This document shows positions 10,977 to 20,674 of a stretch of 64,000 bases of DNA, one piece after another. Source of the stretch: an uncultured Actinomycetes bacterium (GTDB lineage Bacteria; Actinomycetota; Acidimicrobiia; Spongiisociales; DATADW01). Under the pieces are notes generated by a model that did not search any database, had not been told where the DNA came from, and saw only the letters and a program-made list of their open reading frames with translations. A program made the translations under genes and the position numbers. The stretch covers positions 184,928 through 248,927 of the forward strand of contig CAWGRK010000010.1 of NCBI GenBank assembly GCA_963824995.1, in the 5' to 3' direction. The first letter of the stretch is position 1. Each line of letters begins with the position of its first letter.

Positions 10977-11924
10977 ATGCCGACCATCCTGGTCACCGGT
11001 GCGGCCACATGGGTGGGGGGACGGCTGGTCCAGCGGCTGGAGGCGCGGCCGGGCACCACCGTGGTGCCGGTGGACGAGTTGTCCCCCCGTGTCGCCTTCA
11101 CCACCCCGTTGCTCAAGGCGTCTCTGGACACGCTCGAGTTCGCCAGAAGCGTCATCGATCTTCGCCCCGATGTCGTGATCCATCTCCAGACCCTCGACCG
11201 CATCGCCGAATTGGGGAGGGTCCGATCGCGCGAGGGGATGGTGCTGGGTGCGCAGGCGCTGTTCGGCGCCATCTCGCGGGTCGGCACGGTACGCCAGGTC
11301 GTGGTGAAGTCGGACACGGCCATCTACGGTGCCGGGCCTCGTCATCCTTCGATTCTCGACGAGACGACAGAGGTCCCCGAACGGACCACGCACCGCTTTG
11401 AGCGGAACCTGGAGGAGGTGGAGCGGTTCGTCGGTGAAGTCGCCGGGAGGATGCCCGAGGTCGACTTCACCGTTCTCCGCTTCGTGGGGATCTTCGGCGC
11501 CCCCATCGAGAACGGGATATCGCATTACCTACGAATGCAGACCGTCCCGACCGTCCTCGGTTGGGACCCACGCCTCCAACTGATCGATGGGGACGAGGCG
11601 GTACGCGCTCTTCTTCATGTGCTCGACAAGCCGGTCCCGGGCACCTTCAACATCGCCTCTGAGGGCCAGCTCTACCTGTCGCGCATACTGAGGTTGGGTG
11701 GTCGCAGGGTCCGGCCAGTACCCCGCCAGCAGCTCGAGAGGGCGCTGCGTGTGCTCGGTGCCGGCGAGGTCGCCAAGCAGCGCCACCTTCTCTCGCTGCT
11801 CCACCACGGAAGAGTCGTGAACACCAACAGGATGCGGGAGATCCTCGGCTTCTCCTCGTTGCTCGATTGCCGCCAGACGGTCCTCGCCGGGTACGGACGG
11901 CTCGATCCGGCCCTGGCGGTGTGA
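10977..11924 (+). CDS. NAD-dependent epimerase/dehydratase (mycobacterial GalE2/Rv0501-like)
   Basis: ILVTGAATWVG, VVVKSDTAIYG, VPTVLGWDPRLQLI. Confidence 0.85.
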   Translation: MPTILVTGAATWVGGRLVQRLEARPGTTVVPVDELSPRVAFTTPLLKASLDTLEFARSVIDLRPDVVIHLQTLDRIAELGRVRSREGMVLGAQALFGAISRVGTVRQVVVKSDTAIYGAGPRHPSILDETTEVPERTTHRFERNLEEVERFVGEVAGRMPEVDFTVLRFVGIFGAPIENGISHYLRMQTVPTVLGWDPRLQLIDGDEAVRALLHVLDKPVPGTFNIASEGQLYLSRILRLGGRRVRPVPRQQLERALRVLGAGEVAKQRHLLSLLHHGRVVNTNRMREILGFSSLLDCRQTVLAGYGRLDPALAV

Positions 11925-11931
11925 TGAGGAA

Positions 11932-13127
11932 GTGGTCAAAGTGAGCGATCCCATCGTCTTCGCCCTCGAGGCGCTGGATGCCGAAGAGTTGGAATCGGTG
12001 GCAGGTGCCCTTGGCATCGAAGCGCCCCCTGATGCCTCCACCACCCACCTGGCGGGGTTGGTCGCCGGTGAGCTACGACGTCGCGCCGGGTTGCCGGAGT
12101 CGAGCGCTCTAGCGTCCTTCGAGGAGCCGGACGCCGCGACCCGGCGGTCGGCCCTGGCCGCCCGGCTCTCCGACATGGTGGACGAGGACCGCGGCTGCAC
12201 ACATCGAACCCTCGAGGGTTTCGCCTGCGGCCTCCCCTCGATCAAAGGCGAAGAGCGATGCTCGCTCCACGGCGGGGTCGATTCCTCGAACCTCGCCGTT
12301 CCTGCGCTCGGCCGGCTCGGGACGGACACCTGGCCGGCGCTGATCCGCCACCTCCGGCTCGCCAGCTATGACATCGATGCGCTCGGGCTCGACCCGGTGC
12401 TCGCCGAACTCGCCTGGCACCTCGGGAACAGCCTCTACTTCGAGTACTTCCGGGTTCGTGTCGAGGGCATCGAAAACGTACCCACCACCGGGCCTGCCGT
12501 TCTTGCGGCGAACCACGGGGGGGCGGCGATCCCATACGACGCAGCCATGATCCAGTTGGCGGTGCTCAACGAGTCGGCGGCCCCGCGACGGGTTCCGTCG
12601 TGGTGGGAACCGAAGTGTTCAACATGATGCCGTTCGTGTCGCATTTGTACCGCAAGATCGGGGCGGCGTACGCCTCGCGACAGGACGCTCGCTGGGTCCT
12701 TGGCCAAGGACAGCTCCTCGGAGTGTTCCCCGAGGGAGTCCAGGGTTTTCAGAAGCCGGTGTCCGAGTCCTACCGACTCCGCCGGTTTGGCCGGGGCGGG
12801 TTCGCCTCACTCGCCGCCGAGTCGGGCACACCGATTGTCCCGGTCGCCATCCTGGGGTCGGAAGAGACCCACCCCGCGCTCTTCACATCGCGCACCCTGG
12901 CGAAGTTGGTGAGGAGCGTCTTCCCTGAGCAGCGGGTTGACGAGATGGCGGTCTGGGTCAACCCGATACCGCTCCCAGTGCGGTGGATGATCAGGTTTCT
13001 CCCCCCGATCGCCACCATCTCAGGCGACCTCGACGGGCTCGCCGCCCTGGAGTTGGCGGAACGGGTGCGCACCCAGATCCAGGCGGCGCTCGACGAGATG
13101 ATCACCCTGCGGGGTCGCACCTACTGA
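11932..13127 (+). CDS. Lysophospholipid acyltransferase (Rv0502-like) with N-terminal C3H zinc-finger-like extension (frameshift near 12595)
   Basis: YFRVRVEGIENVP, ANHGG, VFPEG, RFGRGGF, PIVPVAILGSEE across ORFs 11932 and 12600. Confidence 0.85.
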
Positions 13128-13140
13128 CCCAGGCTGTCCC

Positions 13141-13190
13141 CCAACCCAGGGCTGGCAGCTGCATCTGAGGTACTCCCCAACCTGGGTTGA
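13141..13190. repeat. Dispersed ~50 bp element, copy B
   Basis: ccaacccagggctggcagct...aggtactccccaacctgggttg aligns to 10890-10940. Confidence 0.75.
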
Positions 13191-13266
13191 AACGAGCAGA
13201 ACCCTTTGTGTATTCATTCACAAAGCGCTTGCATTTGCTAGCAGTAACTGCTACGTTTGCTACCAC

Positions 13267-13644
13267 ATGACCGGCATCGAGGAGAGAACGGATACCGGAT
13301 CGACCGTCGGGTCGTTCATCCGTCAGCAGCGGGAGCGGGCCAATGTCTCGGTCCGCCGTTTGGCGGAACAGGCGGGCATCTCGAATCCCTACCTCAGCCA
13401 GATAGAACGTGGGCTTCGCAAGCCTTCGGCTGAGATCCTCAAGTCGATCGCCCGGGCACTGTCGATCCAGGCCGAGTCGCTCTACTCGCAGGCCGGGCTC
13501 ATCGAGCAGGGGCCGCGGCCTCCGACCGTCATCGAATCGGTCGAGGCTGACCCGCAGCTCTCCATGCGACACAAACAACTACTCCTCGACCTGTACCGGA
13601 CGCTGGTTGGGGAACGAGACGAGGTCCGGAAGGAGAAACCATGA
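13267..13644 (+). CDS. XRE-family HTH regulator (Rv0474/MLDSR-like)
   Basis: GSFIRQQRERANVSVRRLAEQAGISNPYLSQIERGLRKPSAEIL. Confidence 0.9.
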   Translation: MTGIEERTDTGSTVGSFIRQQRERANVSVRRLAEQAGISNPYLSQIERGLRKPSAEILKSIARALSIQAESLYSQAGLIEQGPRPPTVIESVEADPQLSMRHKQLLLDLYRTLVGERDEVRKEKP

Positions 13645-14156
13645 AGATGGATGGAACGAAGACAGCCCTCTATGCCGCCGTCGGAGCTCCCGTGGTGGCC
13701 ACGCGCAAGGTGACCGATGCGCTCACCGAGTTGCGCACCAAGTTCGCCGGTGACTTCCGCAAGGAGTACAGCACCTGGGCCACCGAGGGCGAGAAGGTCG
13801 TCGGGCGGATCGCCGACCAGAAGCTTGTCGAGGACTTCACCTCTCGGGTGGATGTCGACAACATATCCGAGCAGGTGGGCAGGTTGCGCGGGCAGCTGGA
13901 GGACCTCGTCGCCACATGGCGGCAGAACTTCAACCCCGAGAAGCCGGTTGAGGCCGCCAAGGCGGTGAAGGTCGAGATCGACGACGGCGCCGAGAAGGCG
14001 GAGAGCGCGGTCAAGAAGGCGACCGACGAGGCCCTCGAGACAGTCGAGAAGACGGCCAAGGCCGCCTCCAACACCACGACCCGCAAGCCGTCCACCCGCA
14101 AGCCGACGACGACCAAGGCCACCACCAAAGCCACGGGCAGGTCGAGCGCAGCCTGA
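13641..14156 (+). CDS. HBHA/MLDS-like helical protein with Lys/Thr-rich C-terminal tail
   Basis: N-terminal ALYAAVGA, amphipathic helical core, tail RKPSTRKPTTTKATTKAT; ATGA overlap with the regulator. Confidence 0.6.
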   Translation: MKMDGTKTALYAAVGAPVVATRKVTDALTELRTKFAGDFRKEYSTWATEGEKVVGRIADQKLVEDFTSRVDVDNISEQVGRLRGQLEDLVATWRQNFNPEKPVEAAKAVKVEIDDGAEKAESAVKKATDEALETVEKTAKAASNTTTRKPSTRKPTTTKATTKATGRSSAA

Positions 14157-14243
14157 TCACAAGCTCTCCGGATCCGAGCCCGGGCTCGGCACCCCCGTAT
14201 CCTCCTCGGTGGTGCACGGCGTCCGAGCCGGTCGGAGTCAATA

Positions 14244-14283
14244 GCCGAGGGACCTATCCGGTCCCTCGGCTTCTATTTTTTTT
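14244..14283 (+). terminator. Rho-independent terminator
   Basis: Stem gccgagggacc/ggtccctcggc followed by ttctatttttttt. Confidence 0.85.
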
Positions 14284-14289
14284 GTCGAT

Positions 14290-14694
14290 TCAGTAGGTGA
14301 CTCTGCCGTCGAGCTGAGAGGCGTGCTCCACCCAGCGCTCCACCATCGCCTCGGTGGGGAGTCTTCGCACCAGCTTTTTCTGCTCGTTGATCTGGGCGAG
14401 CTTGGCGGCGAGAGCGGCCGGCTTGCGGCGGCCGAGCTCCTTGATCGTGTCCGCCCCTGAGGTTTCGAGCAGGTCGGCGTACTCGGGCCCGACGCCGCGC
14501 ACCCTCATGAGATCGGCCCGGTTGACCCATGCCAGGATCTGGGCCTCGGTGCAGTTCGCAAGGGTGGCTAGCTCGGAGCGCCCACGCCTGGTGGCTCCTC
14601 GCCGTAGCAGCGCCTCTGTGGTGCGCACTCCGCTTCGCCTGAGCTTGGCGGCGTCTTTGGCGCCGATGCTCACGATGGCGGCAATCGAAGCCAT
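14290..14694 (-). CDS. DUF4332 domain protein
   Basis: WVNRADLMRVRGVGPEYADLLETSGADTIKEL. Confidence 0.85.
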   Translation of the reverse strand: MASIAAIVSIGAKDAAKLRRSGVRTTEALLRRGATRRGRSELATLANCTEAQILAWVNRADLMRVRGVGPEYADLLETSGADTIKELGRRKPAALAAKLAQINEQKKLVRRLPTEAMVERWVEHASQLDGRVTY

Positions 14695-14731
14695 CACAAT
14701 CCTTTCGCTGGTGCCCGATTCCGGGGCGAGA

Positions 14732-15367
14732 TTAGACGTCGCTCGTCGGAGGCCGTCGGTCGTCCTCTTCATGCCGAATATGGCGTGGCTGCAATTCCTC
14801 GACATCGAAGTTGGTGTCAACGTCCCGTGGTGGAAGACGCTCCAACCAGACCTCGGTGACCCAGTCGGGATGTGAATCGAGCAAACGGCGGGCGCCCTCA
14901 TCGCCTTCGAGACTCATCAACCTCGGCCAGAGCAACCGGTCGACCAGGACCGGGTTGCCCCGGATATAGCGATACTTGGGAACGACCGCAGCCGTCTTGC
15001 CCGGGCGGTAGGCGGCGACCACCTCCGCCACCGCCTCCTCGCTCACATCGGGTTGGTCTCCCATCACGATCAGAGCACCATCCACCCTCGACAGCCGGCC
15101 TATCGCGTCCAGACCCGCTCGCAGTGAAGACGCCAGCCCCTCTTCCCACTCCGGGTTCTCCACGACACCGACGCCGGTGAGGTCGACCCGCTCGCTGACG
15201 GTGTCGGCATGGGCCCCGAGAACCACCCATATCTCGTCGATCTCCCACCGCCGCACCCGGTCGAGGACATGGTCGAGCAATGTCGCCCCGCCCCACGGGA
15301 GCAGTTGCTTGGGCCGGCCAAGGCGGCGCGAACCGCCACCGGCGAGAACGAGAGCGGCGACCGTCAC
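14732..15367 (-). CDS. mocA: Molybdenum cofactor cytidylyltransferase-like nucleotidyltransferase
   Basis: LAGGGSRRLGRPKQLL, GLASSLRAG, GDQP, GNPV, GDEGAR, DVDT; inside the cox cluster. Confidence 0.8.
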   Translation of the reverse strand: MTVAALVLAGGGSRRLGRPKQLLPWGGATLLDHVLDRVRRWEIDEIWVVLGAHADTVSERVDLTGVGVVENPEWEEGLASSLRAGLDAIGRLSRVDGALIVMGDQPDVSEEAVAEVVAAYRPGKTAAVVPKYRYIRGNPVLVDRLLWPRLMSLEGDEGARRLLDSHPDWVTEVWLERLPPRDVDTNFDVEELQPRHIRHEEDDRRPPTSDV

Positions 15368-15383
15368 TTCGAAGCGATCTGGC

Positions 15384-16169
15384 TCAGATGTCGCCCTCGT
15401 CGTCGGTCCGCTGGCGGTGGATACGGCCCTCCCGCCCACGGAGAGACCGGCCGGTGCCCGCCCCGTAGCGCACCTGGATCATCTCGGCGAGGATTGAGAT
15501 GGCCACCTCCGCTGGAATCTCCGCTCCGATGTCCAGCCCGACCGGGCCGTGTATTCGGTCTATCGCATCGGTGTCGAATCCCGCGGCCAAGAGGCGCTCG
15601 CGCCGTGCCGCGTGGGTACGACGACTTCCCATCGCACCGATGTAGCGAACCGGGCTGCGCAATACCGCCGGGTATACGGGATCCTCGAAGCGAGCGTCGT
15701 GGCTGAGAACGACCACGTATGTCCGGCGATCGAGGTCGAGATCGGCGAGCACGTCCTCGGGACGGCCCAGCGCCACCTCAGCATCGGGGAATCGTTCGGT
15801 GGTCGTGAAGGCAGGGCGGGAGTCGGACACGGTGACTCGGAACCCGAGTTCGGTGGCGAAGGCGGCGAGCGGTTGAGCTATGTGCACCGCCCCGAATATG
15901 ACGAGCCGAGGTTGCGGCGCCAAGGTCTCGATGAACACGGACACCTCGTCGTACTCGAGGGTCCTGCTCTGCTCCTGGTCCATGAGTTGGCGCGCATCGT
16001 CCAGGATGTGCTCCTCGAGGCCAGAAGGGAGGTTTCCCTCGATGACGCCCTTCTCGGCATCGAGCACGGCGTGGGATCCTTCACCTGGCCCGGTCAGCAC
16101 GGTCACCGCCGCACCGAGCCTCTCCTCTTTCTGCAGCCGGCGGATTGCCTCGAGGTGGGCGCTCACCAT
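15384..16169 (-). CDS. XdhC/CoxF family Moco maturation factor (Rossmann part)
   Basis: [40 protein letters not shown]. Confidence 0.9.
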   Translation of the reverse strand: MVSAHLEAIRRLQKEERLGAAVTVLTGPGEGSHAVLDAEKGVIEGNLPSGLEEHILDDARQLMDQEQSRTLEYDEVSVFIETLAPQPRLVIFGAVHIAQPLAAFATELGFRVTVSDSRPAFTTTERFPDAEVALGRPEDVLADLDLDRRTYVVVLSHDARFEDPVYPAVLRSPVRYIGAMGSRRTHAARRERLLAAGFDTDAIDRIHGPVGLDIGAEIPAEVAISILAEMIQVRYGAGTGRSLRGREGRIHRQRTDDEGDI

Positions 16170-16471
16170 CGCTCGACGTATACCTGGATCGTCCCCCCGC
16201 AGGCCAACCCCACCTCGAACGCCTCGTCGTCGGCGATGCCGTAGGTGACGAGTCGCGGCTCGGCTCCTCCGAGGATCTCCTGCGCATGGAGGAAGACATC
16301 GTTCTCGACGCAACCCCCACTCACCGATCCCTCCATGTCACCACCCGAGGAGACGAGGAACTTGGCACCCTCCGGCCTTGGCGCTGACCCCGAGACGCGG
16401 ACCACCGTGGCAACCGCCACATCCTTGCCCTCCGCCGTCCAGCGGTCGTAGATCTCGAGGGCGTCCTTCAT
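16163..16471 (-). CDS. XdhC/CoxI N-terminal domain protein
   Basis: [31 protein letters not shown]; last 102 aa of ORF 16163-17521. Confidence 0.88.
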   Translation of the reverse strand: MKDALEIYDRWTAEGKDVAVATVVRVSGSAPRPEGAKFLVSSGGDMEGSVSGGCVENDVFLHAQEILGGAEPRLVTYGIADDEAFEVGLACGGTIQVYVERW

Positions 16472-17607
16472 GGTCTCGCTACCTCCCGTCGACGCGCCGG
16501 CAATGACTCTAGGAGTCGGATCACGTCGACGAGGTGGGTGAGGTTGGCGGCCGGCAGGAGGTCGTCGATGTAGGGAAGAACCGTGCGCATTCCTCGTGTC
16601 TCGGGCGAATAGCCCTCGCGCCCGGCGAGCGGATTCAGCCACACCACCCGATGGACGCTGCGGGCGAAACGCGCCATCTCCTCGCGGAGCAACTCGGGAT
16701 CGCCCCGGTCCCAACCGTCGGACACGATCAATGCCACCGGGCCGCCCCTTCCGACTCGCCGGCTCCATTCGACGTTGAAGGTGTGGAGCGCTTCGCCTAT
16801 CCGGGTACCACCCGACCAATCGACGACGTGCCCGGCCACCTCCTCGAGGGCATGGGTGGGGTCGCGTCGACGAAGCTGGCGGGTTATCCGGGTGAGACGG
16901 GTCGAGAAGACGAAAGCCTCGAGATGCCCCAGCCGGTCGCGGGCGGCGTGGGCGAAATAGAGCAGCATCTCGACATAACGCTCCATCGAGCCGCTCACGT
17001 CGGCGATGATGATCAGCGGACGACGGCGGCGGCGGCGCTCCGACATCGCCAACCTCAATAGCTCGCCCTCGTTGCCGACCGCCCGGCGCAGGGTCCGACG
17101 GAGGTCGGGTTGGGATCCGTTTCGGGCCGGGGCGAAGCCGGCGGCTCCTGGCGTCGGCCGGTCTCCAGACCATCCTGGCGATGAGACGGCGGACCTCTTC
17201 GCTCTCTGCCGCCGACATCTCACCGAAGTCACGACGCCCCAGCCGTTCGGCGGAGGAGGCTCCAGTTCGGTCAGCCACGTCCTCGAGATCGGGCCCCACT
17301 GCACCCGATGGCACGACGGATAACCCGCTCGTGGTGGCGACAGCCTGTGTGGTCGATATCGCCGGAGCAGGCGAGACCGCGGCCCCCATTCCGAAGAAGA
17401 GGTCGAAGGCCTCGTCGAAGAGCGCCACCTCCGACTGACGGATCACAATGATCGAGCGAAAAGCGTGGTAGACGTCCTCGCGCCGATCCAGACCCACCGC
17501 GACCGCAGCCCGGGACAACACTCACCGGCCGACTGGGGAGGAAGCCGGAACCCGAGACCGCGGAGGTGACGGACAAAGAGCACCAGGTTGTCGGCGAACG
17601 CAGTCAT
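16468..17607 (-). CDS. coxE: VWA-domain CoxE-like protein (frameshifts near 17522 and 17139)
   Basis: N-term [54 protein letters not shown]. Confidence 0.85.
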
Positions 17608-17626
17608 CGATGGCAGGCTTCCAGGC

Positions 17627-18736
17627 TCAGTCGACCACTGGCAGCGGGAAGCGGAGCATGGCGGCGGCGCCGTCGATCGGCGATCCCTCGGGCAATTGGA
17701 CGAGGCGTCCGCCCGATCCGATCACCCGCTCGATCGCCTCGGCGGCTATGTCGGGGTGATGACGGGTATCCGCACCGCAAACCGGACAACTGCCCTCCTT
17801 GCGGCCGATCCATCCACAGGCAGGGCACACGACGCCAGGCTCGGGCTTGGTACCTACGACGGCGAGTAACTCGACCGCGGCCAGGTTGGCGGCGGTCACG
17901 ACCTGGTCGAGACCCCAAGCCACCGATTGTCCCGATTCCGATCCCGCCACCAGTTGGTCGGACACCGCCTGGGAACTCCGTGTTCGAGCCGCCTCCTCCA
18001 AGGCAGCCACTGCTTCCTTGACGGTGTGGGCGGTGGCGGTTGCCGGATCGATCACGAAGGTCCCGATCATCCGCTCGGCCAGGTAGGGGTGGAGGTGCCC
18101 GGCAGCCTCCTCGACCTGGCCCTGATGACCCCCTATGGCCACCCAGGTCACCGGATCGGTCTTGTGCATCTCGAAAAACCGCTCGGCAACACGATCGAAG
18201 TGCCTTCTTGCGATCTCCTCGGCGGCCTTACGCGCCCCATGCTCGGCGAGGCCCTTCCAACCGCCGTAGTTCGCCTTGTGCCCCGCCTCCTCTTCGACTA
18301 CCCCCGCTGGCGTCAACTCCCCGCCCCTCTTGATGAAGATGTCGGCGTGGCGCCTGTCGGTGGTGGCGACCAGGGTCACGGTCGACTCGGGCAAGGCTCT
18401 AATCGGTCGCAGGTAGGGGCCATCGGCCAGCACGGCAACATCCCAGACCTCGCCAGGGAGCGGCTCGTAGCTCACCTCCCCGTTGGTGGCGAATATGGCG
18501 ACGCCCGGTGCCTGCTCGGTTTCGAGCCTCCAACTCAGGTCCATCACAGACTTCGTTGCCTGCCGGACCACCTTCTCCCGGCTGTGGTCGTCGCCGCCGG
18601 CCGCCGCCTCGCGGATCGGACGAAGCAGGTCGGTGAGCCGGGCGGAAGGGTTCACCTGCATGGGTCGCGACAGGTAGACGGAGAGCACCGGCGCCTCCGC
18701 CTCGGTGAGGCGGTCGAGCGTTTCAGCGTCGATCAT
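17627..18736 (-). CDS. Bacterial archaeo-eukaryotic release factor-like protein (baeRF, eRF1 fold) with zinc ribbon
   Basis: VLSVYL, PYLRPI, GGW loop, HFDRVAE, LHPYL, GLDQVVTAANLAAVELL, CPACG..CPVCG, GAAAMLRF. Confidence 0.75.
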   Translation of the reverse strand: MIDAETLDRLTEAEAPVLSVYLSRPMQVNPSARLTDLLRPIREAAAGGDDHSREKVVRQATKSVMDLSWRLETEQAPGVAIFATNGEVSYEPLPGEVWDVAVLADGPYLRPIRALPESTVTLVATTDRRHADIFIKRGGELTPAGVVEEEAGHKANYGGWKGLAEHGARKAAEEIARRHFDRVAERFFEMHKTDPVTWVAIGGHQGQVEEAAGHLHPYLAERMIGTFVIDPATATAHTVKEAVAALEEAARTRSSQAVSDQLVAGSESGQSVAWGLDQVVTAANLAAVELLAVVGTKPEPGVVCPACGWIGRKEGSCPVCGADTRHHPDIAAEAIERVIGSGGRLVQLPEGSPIDGAAAMLRFPLPVVD

Positions 18737-18889
18737 GTGACCCCTCTATGACCAGGAACCTAACGCAACGGGGTGGCTTTGGCTTCCCGCTGAGAGCGGA
18801 GACCACAGCAGCTCGGTTCGGGCCGCCCATTTCCCGAATAGATCACCGGGACCAGTGCACCCGCTGCGGACTCGGGTAGGCGATCTTCC

Positions 18890-19780
18890 TCACCCGGCGA
18901 GCAGCGACTCCAGACCGGTGGAGCGGACCCGCTCGATGTCCTCGCGGTACTTGAGCGCAACGCCGATGGTCTGCTCGATCACCTCCGGGGTCAGCCGGGT
19001 GGCGTCGAGCACGTTGAGCGCCTGTGCCCAATCGAGCGTCTCTGCCACCCCGGGCGGTTTGAACAGGTCCATCTGGCGCAACCGCTCCATCGCCCGGGCC
19101 AGTTCGGAGGCGAGGACATCGCTTATGCCCGGAACCTTGCGACCGACGATGGCGACCTCGCGCTCGAATGTCGGGTAGTCGATCCAGTAGTAGATGCACC
19201 GCCGCTTGAGGGCGTCGTGGATCTCACGGGTGCGGTTCGAGGTGAGGATGACGATTGGCGGTTGGTCGGCTGCGATGGTCCCCACTTCGGGGATGGTGAC
19301 CTGGAAGTCGGAGAGAAGTTCGAGCAGGTAGGCCTCGAATTCCTCGTCCGCTCTGTCGATCTCGTCGATGAGCAGCACTGGCCGCTGACCGAGCGTCGCC
19401 AGCTCCACCGCCTTGAGAAGCGGGCGAGCCACCAGATAATCCCGGCTCATGATGTCCTTGACGTCGGCCGCTTGGCCTTCGCCGCGTGCCTCGAGCAACC
19501 GGATGGCGAGCATCTGCCTGGCGTAGTCCCACTCATAGAGTGCATGCCCTGCGTCGAGTCCCTCGTAGCACTGGAGCCGAATCAGCGGGGCGTCGAGGAA
19601 CACGGACAGCACCTTGGCCACCTCTGTCTTGCCCACCCCGGCTTCGCCCTCGAGGAAGAGAGGCCTGCCCAACTGCAGCCCCAGATGGATGGCAACGGCC
19701 AGGCTCCGGTCGGCGATGTATTCACTCGCGTCGAGGGCCTGTTGGACTGCGTCGACGTCGGCTGGAAGCGGTTTTGCCAT
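18890..19780 (-). CDS. coxD: MoxR-type AAA+ ATPase, CoxD-like
   Basis: GEAGVGKT, RLQCYEGLD, LLIDEIDR, TSNRTREIHDALKRRC. Confidence 0.92.
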   Translation of the reverse strand: MAKPLPADVDAVQQALDASEYIADRSLAVAIHLGLQLGRPLFLEGEAGVGKTEVAKVLSVFLDAPLIRLQCYEGLDAGHALYEWDYARQMLAIRLLEARGEGQAADVKDIMSRDYLVARPLLKAVELATLGQRPVLLIDEIDRADEEFEAYLLELLSDFQVTIPEVGTIAADQPPIVILTSNRTREIHDALKRRCIYYWIDYPTFEREVAIVGRKVPGISDVLASELARAMERLRQMDLFKPPGVAETLDWAQALNVLDATRLTPEVIEQTIGVALKYREDIERVRSTGLESLLAG

Positions 19781-19862
19781 GGAGGGAGCACGTTAGTGGT
19801 CGGCGGCGAACCACTCCCTCCCGAGCGTCGTAGTGTCTCGGACATTCCCCGGAGGAGGGACG

Positions 19863-20270
19863 ATGAGACGCGGTAGTGGCTTACTGGCGATGCTGGCCCT
19901 GATGGCTGTTGTGGCGTGCAGTGGCTCCGACGGTGGGACCGCTACAACAGTCGGGGGTGGGTCCGGCACCACGACTGATGGAGGGGCCGACACAACGGCC
20001 GCCGAGGATGGCGGGAGCAGCGCCGCATCAGTGAGTATCGTCGACTTCGAGTTCAGTGCCCCTGCGAGCGTCGCCGCCGGTACGGAGATCACGGTGGTCA
20101 ACAACGGCGAAGCCACCCACACCTGGACCGAACCGGGTGGCGCATTCGACACCGGTCAGATCGCACCAGGATCGAGCGCCACCGTCACCATCGACGATCC
20201 CGGCACATACGACTTCGTCTGCTCGATCCACTCCAACATGACCGGTACGATCGAGGTCACCGACGGCTAG
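19863..20270 (+). CDS. Cupredoxin (plastocyanin/azurin-like) lipoprotein
   Basis: Lipobox VVAC, type-1 Cu ligands ATHTW and CSIHSNM; GGAGG RBS. Confidence 0.85.
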   Translation: MRRGSGLLAMLALMAVVACSGSDGGTATTVGGGSGTTTDGGADTTAAEDGGSSAASVSIVDFEFSAPASVAAGTEITVVNNGEATHTWTEPGGAFDTGQIAPGSSATVTIDDPGTYDFVCSIHSNMTGTIEVTDG

Positions 20271-20278
20271 GTGACCAC

Positions 20279-20599
20279 TTGCCCGACATCCCATCGGTGA
20301 ACCCCGCCGACGTCCCCAGCCTGCTCGGCGAGGGGGCGTTGCTCATCGACGTGCGCGAAGAGGTCGAATGGGACGAGGCCCGCATCGCCGGTGCGGTGCA
20401 CCACCCCATGACCGACTTCGCCGCATGGTGGGCCGAGGTCCCCGAGGACCGAACCGTGGTCGTCTACTGCAGGACCGGCGCCCGCTCGGGTCTGGTGGTC
20501 GAGGCGCTGTCGAACCAGGTCGGGTTGGCCAACGTCGTCAACCTCGAGGGCGGGATCGTTGCCTGGGCCGAGCACGGGCTCGAGGTGGAAGAGACCTGA
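20279..20599 (+). CDS. Single-domain rhodanese
   Basis: LIDVREEVEW, YCRTGARS, NLEGGIVAW. Confidence 0.9.
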   Translation: MPDIPSVNPADVPSLLGEGALLIDVREEVEWDEARIAGAVHHPMTDFAAWWAEVPEDRTVVVYCRTGARSGLVVEALSNQVGLANVVNLEGGIVAWAEHGLEVEET

Positions 20600-20630
20600 A
20601 ACTCTGCTGACCGACAGAGGATCCAAACGC

Positions 20631-20657
20631 GAGAGGAGGCCCCTCGGGCCTCCTCTC
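20631..20657. terminator. Hairpin between convergent genes
   Basis: gagaggaggccc-ctc-gggcctcctctc. Confidence 0.7.
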
Positions 20658-20674
20658 CCGTGGCGGCGGTTGCC

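Noticed and set aside
18737..18889. Possible ncRNA upstream of the baeRF gene
   Set aside because: No recognisable family motif or convincing structure
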